Assembly (NCBI GenBank): GCA_045580325.1
Contig: JAZNNR010000018.1
Span: 33,931 to 97,930 of the forward strand
Reading direction: 5' to 3'
DNA from: Eubacteriales bacterium
Lineage (GTDB): Bacteria; Bacillota; Clostridia; Oscillospirales; CAG-272
Length of the DNA stretch: 64,000 nucleotides
In this document: positions 19,938-28,298 of the stretch, piece after piece
How the letters are laid out: every line of letters begins with the position of its first letter
How positions within the stretch are numbered: position 1 is the first letter of the stretch
Position numbers and translations under genes: made by a program
The notes under the pieces: generated by a model
Databases searched by the model: none
Seen by the model: the letters and a program-made list of their open reading frames with translations, nothing else
What the model was told of the DNA's origin: nothing

Positions 19938-20609
19938 ATGGCTGAAATTCGTGTAAATCCTACGCGTATGGAAATGAAGCGCATAAATGCGAGGCTCTCT
20001 ACCGCAAGACGCGGACACAAGCTTCTCAAAGACAAGCAGGATGAGCTTATGAAGCTCTTTCTTGAGGTCGTGCGCCAGAACAAAGCTCTGCGTGAGGATA
20101 TTGAAAATAGAATAATGAGTGTCCATAACAGCTTCACTCTCGCTTCTGCGGTATCGTCGCCTAAAATGCTTGAGGAGGCTCTTATGGTCCCGAAAAGTGA
20201 GTGCTCACTTGACGTTCAGTACAAAAATATGATGAGTGTAAACGTTCCCGTTTACAAGTTCGACATTACGGACAGTGCGGGCGGCGGATACAACTACGGA
20301 TTTGCGTTTACTCCCGGAGAGCTTGACGAAGCTGTCGGAGAGCTTACCGAGCTTCTTCCCGATATGATAAAGCTCGCTCAGACCGAAAAAACGGCTCAGA
20401 TGCTCGCTGAGGAGATCGAAAAAACACGCAGACGTGTCAACGCTCTTGAATACATTATGATACCGCAGTACGAAAAGACCATCAAAACGATAAAGATGAA
20501 GCTTGACGAGGTCGAAAGAGGTAATACTACCAGGCTTATGAAAGTCAAGGACCTTATGCTTGAAGCACAGATCAAGCAAAAACGCAAAAACGACGAGCTT
20601 GACAACTAA
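19938..20609 (+). CDS. ntpD: V-type ATPase subunit D
   Basis: The track ORF starts at 19782 inside subunit B. ATG at 19938 follows AACGAGGAAAAAG and gives MAEIRVNPTRMEMKR, the canonical D-subunit N-terminus. Confidence 0.9.
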   Translation: MAEIRVNPTRMEMKRINARLSTARRGHKLLKDKQDELMKLFLEVVRQNKALREDIENRIMSVHNSFTLASAVSSPKMLEEALMVPKSECSLDVQYKNMMSVNVPVYKFDITDSAGGGYNYGFAFTPGELDEAVGELTELLPDMIKLAQTEKTAQMLAEEIEKTRRRVNALEYIMIPQYEKTIKTIKMKLDEVERGNTTRLMKVKDLMLEAQIKQKRKNDELDN

Positions 20610-20621
20610 AATTAAAACCTC

Positions 20622-20651
20622 GCCCTCTGCACTTTCCTTCGTGCAGAGGGC
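20622..20651 (+). terminator. Hairpin after the V-ATPase operon (possible terminator)
   Basis: GCCCTCTGCAC-tttccttc-GTGCAGAGGGC. The T-run lies only about 20 nt further on, so this is not a textbook terminator. Confidence 0.4.
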
Positions 20652-20765
20652 AGACGGCGTGTTAGCTTATTTTTTCACTTATATAAGAATATAGACAAAC
20701 CCTGCAAAATATACTTTATTAAAGTAATTTTATTAGGTCAATTTATTTTGCGGAGGTTTACCAAA

Positions 20766-21236
20766 ATGTTTGTCTATTCTTTCAGAGCATCAAGCCTGAA
20801 GGCTTTTGCTACTATCAGTCTTGCACTACTTGTTCTCGTTACACTTATTCTGACCGTCCCCTCATACGGTGCTATCGAAACGGGCGCGGACGGAATATCC
20901 TATAGCGACGTCAAAAGCGCAAAGGACGCGGCGGATTTTTTAAAGCAGTTCGGGTGGAACGTTTCGGATACTCCCGTCCAAACGGTAGAAATAAAAGTCC
21001 CTTCCGAGTTTGACGGCGTATTTACCGAGTACAACGAGATACAGAAGCACCAAGGGCTCGACCTTGGCAAATACCGCCGCAAAAACGTAACACGCTACAC
21101 ATTTGAAGTAACAAATTATCCCGATGCTACGGGTACGGTTCTCGCAAGCGTTATCGTCTACAAGGGTAACGTTATCGCGGGCGATCTCTGTCAAAGCGGA
21201 GCAAACGGCTTTGTAGTCGGCTTTGACGGGAAATAA
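20766..21236 (+). CDS. Membrane-anchored protein, DUF4830-like
   Basis: ATG at 20766 follows GGAGG. It has an N-terminal TM helix and then DFLKQFGWNV...IPSEFDGVFTEYNEIQKHQGLDLGKYRRKNVTRYTFEVTNY, which resembles the DUF4830 pattern as I recall it. Confidence 0.6.
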   Translation: MFVYSFRASSLKAFATISLALLVLVTLILTVPSYGAIETGADGISYSDVKSAKDAADFLKQFGWNVSDTPVQTVEIKVPSEFDGVFTEYNEIQKHQGLDLGKYRRKNVTRYTFEVTNYPDATGTVLASVIVYKGNVIAGDLCQSGANGFVVGFDGK

Positions 21237-21273
21237 AAGATAAATTCGTTTAAAAGAAAGGAAAGAAAAGAAA

Positions 21274-22434
21274 ATGGAGCTTACCTACGTTGCGACCTGT
21301 CTTTTCGGACTTGAAAAATTTTTAGGAGAAGAAATCGACGCCCTCGGATATAAGCGTATATCGACTATCGACGGCCGCGTAACATTTACGGGAGATATTT
21401 CTGCCGTCGCGCGCTGTAATATCGGTATGCGCTTTGCCGAGAGGCTTTATATAAAGCTCGGAGAGTTCACCGCTGACAGCTTTGACTCTCTTTTTGAGGG
21501 CACAAAAGCGCTTCCTTGGGAAGATTATATCGGTATAAACGATGCCTTCCCCGTTTCGGGACATTCGGTAAAGAGCAAGCTTTTCAGTATTCCCGACTGT
21601 CAGTCTATCGTTAAAAAGGCTATCGTTGAGCGCCTTAAATCGAAATATCATATATCCTTTTTCGAAGAAAACAAAACGCTTTACAAAATAGAGTTTTTTA
21701 TTCTGAACGACAGCGCAAGTCTTATGATAGACACCTCGGGTGTTGCTCTTCACAAGAGAGGATACCGTCCCGCATCAAACATCGCACCGCTTCGCGAAAC
21801 TCTTGCGGCGGCACTTGTGAAGATCGCCCGTCCGCGCGAAGAGGTACTCTTCTGGGATCCTATGTGCGGCTCAGGCACTATCGCTATTGAGGCGGCTCTT
21901 ATGCAGACAAACTGCGCGCCCGGTGTGAACCGCCGCTTTGACTCTGAAAAATTCCCGCAGATCGACTCTTCCATTTGGGAAATGGCGCGCGAGGAAGCAA
22001 GAGATAATATAATACGCGACTCGCAGTTTGAGGTCTATGCCTCTGACATTGATATGAACTGCGTTGAGCTCACCCGCGACAACATACGCCGCGCAGGTGT
22101 GGGCGGTACGGTCAAGGCATTTCAGCGCAACGCACTCGAGATAAAAACTGGCGGCAGGCGAGGCACGGTCGTATGCAATCCGCCTTACGGAGAGCGTCTT
22201 TTCTCTATGGAACAGGCGCAGGAGCTTTATCGAAATATGGGACGAGCCTTCTCATCGCTTGACAACTGGCAGATATACGTGCTGACCTCTCACGAGGGCT
22301 TTGAAAGACTTTACGGCAGACGCGCGGACAAGGTCCGCAAGCTCTACAACGGTATGATAAAGTGTAACTTCTATCAATTTTTCAAAAAACAGGACTCTTT
22401 TTCCCAAAAACACAAAGGAAATTACAAGAAATGA
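21274..22434 (+). CDS. THUMP-domain class I SAM-dependent RNA methyltransferase (YpsC/RlmL-like)
   Basis: 386 aa. SAM-binding DPMCGSGTIAIEAAL and the catalytic NPPYGERL motif. Confidence 0.85.
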   Translation: MELTYVATCLFGLEKFLGEEIDALGYKRISTIDGRVTFTGDISAVARCNIGMRFAERLYIKLGEFTADSFDSLFEGTKALPWEDYIGINDAFPVSGHSVKSKLFSIPDCQSIVKKAIVERLKSKYHISFFEENKTLYKIEFFILNDSASLMIDTSGVALHKRGYRPASNIAPLRETLAAALVKIARPREEVLFWDPMCGSGTIAIEAALMQTNCAPGVNRRFDSEKFPQIDSSIWEMAREEARDNIIRDSQFEVYASDIDMNCVELTRDNIRRAGVGGTVKAFQRNALEIKTGGRRGTVVCNPPYGERLFSMEQAQELYRNMGRAFSSLDNWQIYVLTSHEGFERLYGRRADKVRKLYNGMIKCNFYQFFKKQDSFSQKHKGNYKK

Positions 22435-23762
22435 AGAAAAACGAGCTTTATACAGTAGAAATAAGCGATATGAACAATCTCGGCGCTGGAATATGCAAGA
22501 TCGACGGCAAGGTCGTTTTTGTGCGCGGCGGAGTTACGGGGGACAAGCTTGAAATTGGTATAATCAAAGACCTTTCAGACTACGCTGTCGCCCGTGTGAA
22601 CAAAATAATTGAGCCCTCACCTATCCGAGTCGAAAACACCTGTCCTTCATTCAAGCGCTGCGGCGGATGCTCTTTTCGCCACGTGAATTACGAAAACGAA
22701 AAGCTTTTCAAGAAAAATTACATAGAAAATGCCTTCAAAAAGGTCGGACTTTCGGTAAATATCGAGGACGTGCTTTCGACAGGCTGTCCCGACGGGTATC
22801 GCAACAAGGTACAGTACCCTGTCGGCAAGGATTGGGAGATCGGATTTTTCGCAGAGCACAGCCACGACATAGTTGAGGTTTCCGACTGTCCCTCTCAGGA
22901 CGAGAGCTTTGGCGCGATACTTGACGAGATAGTACGCTTCGGCAAGGAAAAAAAGATTCCGCCTTACGATTTTGAAAGCGGAAAAGGACTTGTTCGCCAT
23001 ATTTATCTGCGTAAAGGTCGCGGAAGCGGCGATATTATGGTCTGCCTTGTCATTAACGGCAAAACGATGCGCGAGGCTCCCGAGCTTGCAAAAATACTCG
23101 TTTCGCGCTTCCCTGCTGTCAAGTCGGTCATACTTAACATAAACGAAAAGCGCACGAACGTCATTCTCGGCGACAAAAACATAACCGTTTACGGAAGCGA
23201 CACCATAGAGGATATTTTCTGCAGACTTAAGGTGAAAATTTCGCCAAAATCATTCTATCAGGTGAACCGCGAATGTGCCGAGCTTATCTGCAAGAAAGCC
23301 GCAGAGCTTGCCGATCTGAAGCCGAGTGAAAAGCTTGTTGACCTTTTCTGCGGAATAGGCACTATCGGACTTTCGATGATAAAAGACTATCCGGAGTCGA
23401 GCCTTATCGGTGTTGAAATAATCCCCGACGCCGTTGAAAACGCCACGGAAAACGCTGCTCTGAATCATATGAAAAATACGAAATTCATCTGCGGTGATGC
23501 AAACTCGCCCGAAATATTCGAGGCCGACGTTATCGTGGTCGACCCGCCCCGCAAGGGCTGTGCAAGCGAGCTTATAAAACGCATTTCCGAGATCTCGCCG
23601 TCGAGAGTTATTTACGTTTCGTGCAATCCCGACACCCTCGCGCGCGACTGCAAGCTCTTTGATGCCGAGGGATACAAGGTTACAAGAGCATTTGCGGCTG
23701 ATATGTTTTCTCGCACGGGGCATGTGGAAAGTTTAGTTTGTCTGACTCGTCAGACAAACTAA
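22431..23762 (+). CDS. rlmD: 23S rRNA (uracil-C5)-methyltransferase, RlmD/RumA family
   Basis: 443 aa. N-terminal TRAM domain, Fe-S cysteines CPSFKRCGGCSF, SAM motif DLFCGIGTIG, DPPRKG and a C-terminal GHVES. The last 9 codons are a perfect 10-bp-stem hairpin (23736-23759). Confidence 0.85.
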   Translation: MKKNELYTVEISDMNNLGAGICKIDGKVVFVRGGVTGDKLEIGIIKDLSDYAVARVNKIIEPSPIRVENTCPSFKRCGGCSFRHVNYENEKLFKKNYIENAFKKVGLSVNIEDVLSTGCPDGYRNKVQYPVGKDWEIGFFAEHSHDIVEVSDCPSQDESFGAILDEIVRFGKEKKIPPYDFESGKGLVRHIYLRKGRGSGDIMVCLVINGKTMREAPELAKILVSRFPAVKSVILNINEKRTNVILGDKNITVYGSDTIEDIFCRLKVKISPKSFYQVNRECAELICKKAAELADLKPSEKLVDLFCGIGTIGLSMIKDYPESSLIGVEIIPDAVENATENAALNHMKNTKFICGDANSPEIFEADVIVVDPPRKGCASELIKRISEISPSRVIYVSCNPDTLARDCKLFDAEGYKVTRAFAADMFSRTGHVESLVCLTRQTN

Positions 23763-23763
23763 A

Positions 23764-24005
23764 GCGATATAAATCCCTCACAGGATTTGCGATATACGCC
23801 TCACTTCATTCGCGTGCGATATGCCTGCGGCTCGATATGTGCCTTCGACACGTGAGCGCACTGCGTGCGCTTTGGGGCGCGGGATTTATATTTGCGTACT
23901 TTCCAGCACGTTCGCCTTCGGCAAACATATCGCTGACAAGCGACGCTTGTCAATATCGCATTTGCAAGGCAAATATATCGCGCTCGGCAACGCTGAGCAT
24001 ATCGC
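23764..24005. repeat. Mirror-image array of (G/T)CGATAT heptamers alternating with variable short hairpins (array A1)
   Basis: GCGATAT at 23764, 23789 and 23816, and TCGATAT at 23832. ATATCGC at 23927, 23953, 23975 and 23999. Each interval holds a different palindrome. Confidence 0.85.
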
Positions 24006-24030
24006 TTACCGAATAAATGAGGTGAATATT

Positions 24031-24384
24031 ATGAATAAAACTATTAAAGAACTTGCAGTTGAACTTACCATAGAAATCACTGCCGTTTGTGATACTATCA
24101 AAGGCAGAGCTGTATTTGTTAGTCAGCTTTTGCGCTCCTGCTCTTCAATAGGTGCAAATAGCTATGAAGCAAAATATGCGCAAAGTACCGCAGACTTTGT
24201 AAATAAACTTGAAATAGCTCTCAAAGAATGTTATGAAACCGACTATTGGCTTGAAATACTGTTCAAGGTAGGCTCAATGGATGAAAACACCTATAAAACA
24301 CTTGCAAATAAATGCGGTATTATTCGCAGAAAACTCATCGCATCCATCACCACAGCAAAGGGGAGCAGTCGAGGACAAAAGTGA
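24031..24384 (+). CDS. Four-helix-bundle protein (23S rRNA intervening-sequence protein family)
   Basis: ATG at 24031 follows AATGAGGTGA. Motifs: SSIGANSYEAKYAQSTADFVNKLEIALKECYETDYWLEIL. The upstream part of track ORF 23821..24384 is read-through of the repeat array. Confidence 0.85.
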   Translation: MNKTIKELAVELTIEITAVCDTIKGRAVFVSQLLRSCSSIGANSYEAKYAQSTADFVNKLEIALKECYETDYWLEILFKVGSMDENTYKTLANKCGIIRRKLIASITTAKGSSRGQK

Positions 24385-24450
24385 TTTTTGAGCAAAACTC
24401 AAAAGTTCGTTTTACTGCTATTTAGTATAACATATGAAAGGAGTAAGGCA

Positions 24451-24957
24451 ATGATACCTTATTATTTGAAAAAATATATAACTGATGCAAAAGAGAAAAA
24501 GGATTCTACTGTTGGAATACTTGCTTCTTCTACAGGAAATACAAATTTAGAAATATATTTTTACGGTGATACTGTGAAAATAGAAAAAACACCGTACATA
24601 GTCGATGCCGAATTTCCATGCTTGATTGTTGCAAAAGACCCTGTAACAAACGAAAAGTTCACCATTTTTGACGGAATGAAGCACGGATATGATGCAATGT
24701 TTTGCAACGAGCCATGCAATGACGCCACAAGAGAATTAAGACATTATGAGTATTATAACGGGAAAGTGCAAATTACGCTTGGCTACTCAATTGATTACGA
24801 AGATGAACGAGATGAATATGAATTCAACGAAAACGGCGATGTCATATTGACGTATGGAACTTTAGATTGGGAGCAAGCAAAATCTATTGGATTCGATTGG
24901 CTTTCGTTGAAATTTGTAGATGTGAAAAAGGAATTTGTTGATCTTGAGTTGGCTTGA
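24451..24957 (+). CDS. Hypothetical cytosolic acidic protein (168 aa)
   Basis: ATG at 24451 follows GAAAGGAG. The sequence is AT-rich (about 35 percent G+C in one 60-nt line counted by hand). No motif recognised. Confidence 0.65.
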   Translation: MIPYYLKKYITDAKEKKDSTVGILASSTGNTNLEIYFYGDTVKIEKTPYIVDAEFPCLIVAKDPVTNEKFTIFDGMKHGYDAMFCNEPCNDATRELRHYEYYNGKVQITLGYSIDYEDERDEYEFNENGDVILTYGTLDWEQAKSIGFDWLSLKFVDVKKEFVDLELA

Positions 24958-24967
24958 CCACAAATTA

Positions 24968-25116
24968 TAAAATATACCTTTTGCTCTCTTGACCCATATA
25001 GAGAGTGTGTGTTTATTGACACGAAAATAAGTGCAAACCCGTAGGGGCTGGCGCCCACGACAGCCCGTGCGTATATTTAGGCTTTTCGGGACGTCGAGGA
25101 CGCCGGTCCCTACAAC
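24968..25116 (-). repeat. Repeat R copy A (contains a REP-like GTAG-hairpin...hairpin-CTAC element, family E1)
   Basis: 24968-25097 is identical base for base to 25731-25860 (130 nt). Contains GTAG-GGGCTG-gcgcccacga-CAGCCC and GGGAC-gtcgaggacgcc-GGTCC-CTAC. Confidence 0.9.
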
Positions 25117-25175
25117 AGAATGCTCGAAAGTTCATTTTACAGCAGTTTAGTATAACAGATTGAAAGGAAGCAAAA

Positions 25176-25733
25176 ATGCAGAAAAAATCACGCCAAAGAA
25201 AAGAACGACGAAACATGGACCGATCAACCTCTGATGTTCTATCAAGGCAAACGCAAACAATGAAAACAGCTTTCCTCGATTATTTAGGTGCTACAATTAT
25301 GTTTTTTGTGATGGCGCTCGTTGTATTTGTGGTTGGACTTTTGACCGAAGACGCATCGCATTCCAAACGTATTATTTTTGGTGCCACACCTATTATTCTT
25401 GGTTTCACTATATTTTTCGCTTTTCTTTTTCTTCGTCGATTTGTAATTTTTATAAAGATAAATAAGATCAAATCTTCAAGTGAACAAACTATCAAAATTA
25501 CTTGTAAGAAAGTGGCATTTTTAACTCAACCTATATCCAGAAATTCTTTCGTAATTATATGTATTGTTTTAACAGACGAAAACGGCAAAAAGTATTATGA
25601 CATAGTAAATGGAATTTCTGATATTGCTAAAAAAAGAACACGAGCGGAGCTATTAAACGCAAAGATTACACTTAATTGCTATGCGAATACAAAATTTGTG
25701 AAAACCTATCAGGTCGATACAGTCAAGGAGTAA
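25176..25733 (+). CDS. Hypothetical membrane protein (two TM helices plus a C-terminal domain)
   Basis: 185 aa with RBS GAAAGGAAG. It is flanked on both sides by repeat R. Confidence 0.65.
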   Translation: MQKKSRQRKERRNMDRSTSDVLSRQTQTMKTAFLDYLGATIMFFVMALVVFVVGLLTEDASHSKRIIFGATPIILGFTIFFAFLFLRRFVIFIKINKIKSSSEQTIKITCKKVAFLTQPISRNSFVIICIVLTDENGKKYYDIVNGISDIAKKRTRAELLNAKITLNCYANTKFVKTYQVDTVKE

Positions 25734-25882
25734 AATATACCTTTTGCTCTCTTGACCCATATAGAGAGTGTGTGTTTATTGACACGAAAATAAGTGCAAA
25801 CCCGTAGGGGCTGGCGCCCACGACAGCCCGTGCGTATATTTAGGCTTTTCGGGACGTCGAAGGCGCCGTCCCCTACCAAAAG
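25731..25882 (-). repeat. Repeat R copy B (E1 family)
   Basis: The first 130 nt are identical to copy A. It then diverges as GGGACGTCGAAGGCGCCGTCCCCTACCAAAAG. It starts on the stop codon of the preceding gene. Confidence 0.9.
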
Positions 25883-25992
25883 CCAAATTCTATATGCCCT
25901 TACGGATAATAAACCTCGCTATCGCTGCGGCGTATCGAAAAAATAAATTTTACGGAAGTACAAGTTAATATTCCGCTTAAAAGGAGCAAATA

Positions 25993-27096
25993 ATGAAAAG
26001 AAAAACAGGTAAGGATAAGAAGAAAATGACAACAGCGATAGTTTTGATAAGTATAGCGTCGGTGTTAGCTTTGACAGTGATAGGCTGGTGGATATTCTGC
26101 GTTTCAATGTACAATTCCAACTTTAACGTCCGTTGTGATGATTATGAGCCTTTTATGCTGCGAGTAGAAGATTTTGACCGACTTAAGTGCAAGGAATACA
26201 AATTCAAATCAGACAAGGGGCAGGAGCTTGCAGGATATCTATACAGTGCGGGGGAAGATCAGCGCGCAGTCGTGATCATTGCCCACGGATTTGGCGGCGG
26301 TCACAATTCATATATGGATGCAGCCAACTATTTCGCGCAAAACGGTTATTATGTTTTTGCCTACGACGCAACAGGTTGCCTGAGTAGTCAAGGCGACGGC
26401 GTGGGCGGAGTTCCGCAGGGTGTGATAGACCTTGATCACGCCATTTCATTTGTAGAAGAAAATGAGGATATTCCGAAGCTTCCCATCGTTCTTTTCGGAC
26501 ATAGCTGGGGTGCATATTCTGTAAGCGCTGTTTTGACATATCACCCCGAAGTCAAGGCAGTAATCGCATGCTCGGGCTTCAACAGAGCGTCCGATATGTT
26601 TGAATCGGGCGGAAAATCACAGGCAGGCAGCATAATTCATGCCATGATTCCGTTTATCAGAGTCCACGAGCAAGTCAAGTATGGCAAATATGCCTCAAAC
26701 ACCGCGATGGACGGCTTTGAAGCGGCGGAAAACACATCTGTAATGATAGTACATAGCGCAGATGACAACGTTATCGGCATAGAATACGGCTACGACAAAT
26801 ATTATGAAAAATACGAGAATGACGAGCGTTTTGTTTTTGTAAGATATGAGGACAAGGGGCACAACGACATTTTAAAGAACCCCGAGGACACTTATATGGA
26901 CGAAGTACAAGCCGAGTACACAAAGTGGCTTGAAACACTCGATTACGATTATAATTCAAAGGACAACAAAGACCGTTTCAGAGAAGAAAAGATTCAGTAT
27001 CTTAACGAAACTCTTGACCACGCAAGACTGAGTAACAGACTTGATACAGATATGTTCGCGCACTTTTTGGACTTCTATAATCAAGCCGTGCAGTGA
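25993..27096 (+). CDS. Membrane-anchored alpha/beta hydrolase
   Basis: 367 aa. N-terminal TM helix, nucleophile elbow GHSWGAY, HGFGGG oxyanion region, and a late Asp/His (HSADDNV and KGHND). Confidence 0.8.
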   Translation: MKRKTGKDKKKMTTAIVLISIASVLALTVIGWWIFCVSMYNSNFNVRCDDYEPFMLRVEDFDRLKCKEYKFKSDKGQELAGYLYSAGEDQRAVVIIAHGFGGGHNSYMDAANYFAQNGYYVFAYDATGCLSSQGDGVGGVPQGVIDLDHAISFVEENEDIPKLPIVLFGHSWGAYSVSAVLTYHPEVKAVIACSGFNRASDMFESGGKSQAGSIIHAMIPFIRVHEQVKYGKYASNTAMDGFEAAENTSVMIVHSADDNVIGIEYGYDKYYEKYENDERFVFVRYEDKGHNDILKNPEDTYMDEVQAEYTKWLETLDYDYNSKDNKDRFREEKIQYLNETLDHARLSNRLDTDMFAHFLDFYNQAVQ

Positions 27097-27097
27097 T

Positions 27098-27129
27098 ACG
27101 GACCGTCGAGGACGCCGATTCCTACCAAA
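27098..27129 (-). repeat. Partial E1 element (hairpin-CTAC half only)
   Basis: GGACCGTCGAGGACGCCGATTCCTACCAAA begins 2 nt after the hydrolase stop. It shares the GTCGAGGACGCC core with the other copies. Confidence 0.75.
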
Positions 27130-27137
27130 TGATAACG

Positions 27138-27203
27138 TCGATATGCGCTTCACGCTCGATATGCCGCTTGCGGCTCGATATGTTTTGCCTGACGGCAAAA
27201 CGA
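27138..27203 (+). repeat. Three TCGATAT + hairpin units (array A2)
   Basis: CGATAT at 27139, 27157 and 27176, followed respectively by GCG-cttca-CGC, GCCG-ctt-GCGGC and GTTTTGCC-tgac-GGCAAAAC. Confidence 0.85.
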
Positions 27204-27228
27204 GATTTTACATCACACAGGTGAAACC

Positions 27229-28032
27229 ATGAACAACGTAAACAAAACACTATACATTCCGCTCTACGGCAAGGCTTTTGTGAGCAAAAAAGGAATTATC
27301 CTTCACGACGAAAAAGCCGAGGAAATATGGTCGGCGGAAGGCTTTAAATTAAAAGGTAAGTCAAAATCGAAATGGCTCGCCTACTATATGGGAATGCGCT
27401 CTGCCGTTTTTGACAGCTGGGTTAAAGAAAAAATGAGCGCTACACGTGATGCCGTGATACTCCACGTCGGCTGCGGAATGGACTCAAGAGCTTTGCGTAT
27501 CGGCGAAACAGGGCATTTATGGTACGACATTGACTTTCACAAGGTCATAGAGGAGCGCAAAAAATATTACGCCGAATCGGGCAATTATCATATGCTCGGA
27601 ATCGACGTAAGAAGTGCTGATTTTACTGAAAATATAGAAGGATGCGAAAACGCGATAATTATTATGGAAGGCGTGAGTATGTATCTTGAAACTGAAGAAC
27701 TAAGGCTTTTATTTAAAAAGCTGACAAAGCACTTTGGGAGCGTCCGCGTTCTTATGGACACTTATACCCTTTTTGCCGCCAAAATGTCAAAATTCAAAAA
27801 TCCTATAAACGACGTCGGAGTTACCACTGTTTACGGACTCGATGATCCGAAAATCTTAGAGGAAAACACAGGCGTGAAATTTATAAAAGAGCATGAAATG
27901 ACTCCCGATATTTTGATAAACGAGCTTAAGGGAATAGAAAAATCGGTATTCAAGAGGGTTTTTGCGGGTAAATTTTCCAAAAAGCTTTACAGGCTTTACG
28001 AGTTCGCAGGTAGCTCTGCTTACGGCAGATAG
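27229..28032 (+). CDS. Class I SAM-dependent O-methyltransferase (LCMT/TcmP-like)
   Basis: 267 aa with VILHVGCGMDSRALR, which matches the GxGxDxR SAM motif of the leucine carboxyl methyltransferase family. Confidence 0.7.
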   Translation: MNNVNKTLYIPLYGKAFVSKKGIILHDEKAEEIWSAEGFKLKGKSKSKWLAYYMGMRSAVFDSWVKEKMSATRDAVILHVGCGMDSRALRIGETGHLWYDIDFHKVIEERKKYYAESGNYHMLGIDVRSADFTENIEGCENAIIIMEGVSMYLETEELRLLFKKLTKHFGSVRVLMDTYTLFAAKMSKFKNPINDVGVTTVYGLDDPKILEENTGVKFIKEHEMTPDILINELKGIEKSVFKRVFAGKFSKKLYRLYEFAGSSAYGR

Positions 28033-28298
28033 ATCGGAAGCATATCGTAAACGATGTCTTTCAGATGGCAAGGCTCCACCTCCTCGGTAGCGATAAGATA
28101 AAGAAATCGCTCGGCGACTCTGCTCTCACGGCAGACGTCCCTCGCAAATTCGCACTCGTCTTGTGTATCTCCGACAAACTCGGCAGACACCGAAAAGATC
28201 CCTTCGCCAAGCTCACCGTGCTCTTCAAAAAGCATGTATTTTATGCTTCTGCCTGACGGCAGATGCTTAATTAGTTCTATAATTTTATTATTTTTCAT
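28020..28298 (-). CDS. Hypothetical small protein (92 aa)
   Basis: ATG at 28298 gives MKNNKIIELIK. It converges on the methyltransferase gene and overlaps its 3' end by 13 nt. Confidence 0.55.
   Translation of the reverse strand: MKNNKIIELIKHLPSGRSIKYMLFEEHGELGEGIFSVSAEFVGDTQDECEFARDVCRESRVAERFLYLIATEEVEPCHLKDIVYDMLPIYLP

Noticed and set aside
23738-24030. ORFs 23738..24016 and the 5' part of 23821..24384 across the GCGATAT-hairpin array
   Set aside because: The peptides are repetitive junk dictated by the palindromes, with no RBS. The real four-helix-bundle gene starts at 24031.
25041-25113. The 73-nt GTAGGG...CCCTAC unit as a tRNA or tRNA pseudogene
   Set aside because: It is tRNA-sized and branched, but it lacks the D-loop and T-loop consensus (no GTTCGAATC-like sequence) and has no anticodon-arm geometry.
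24968-25116. E1/R elements as integron attC sites
   Set aside because: There are no RYYYAAC/GTTRRRY core sites and no intI. The cassettes carry their own promoters and occur in both orientations.
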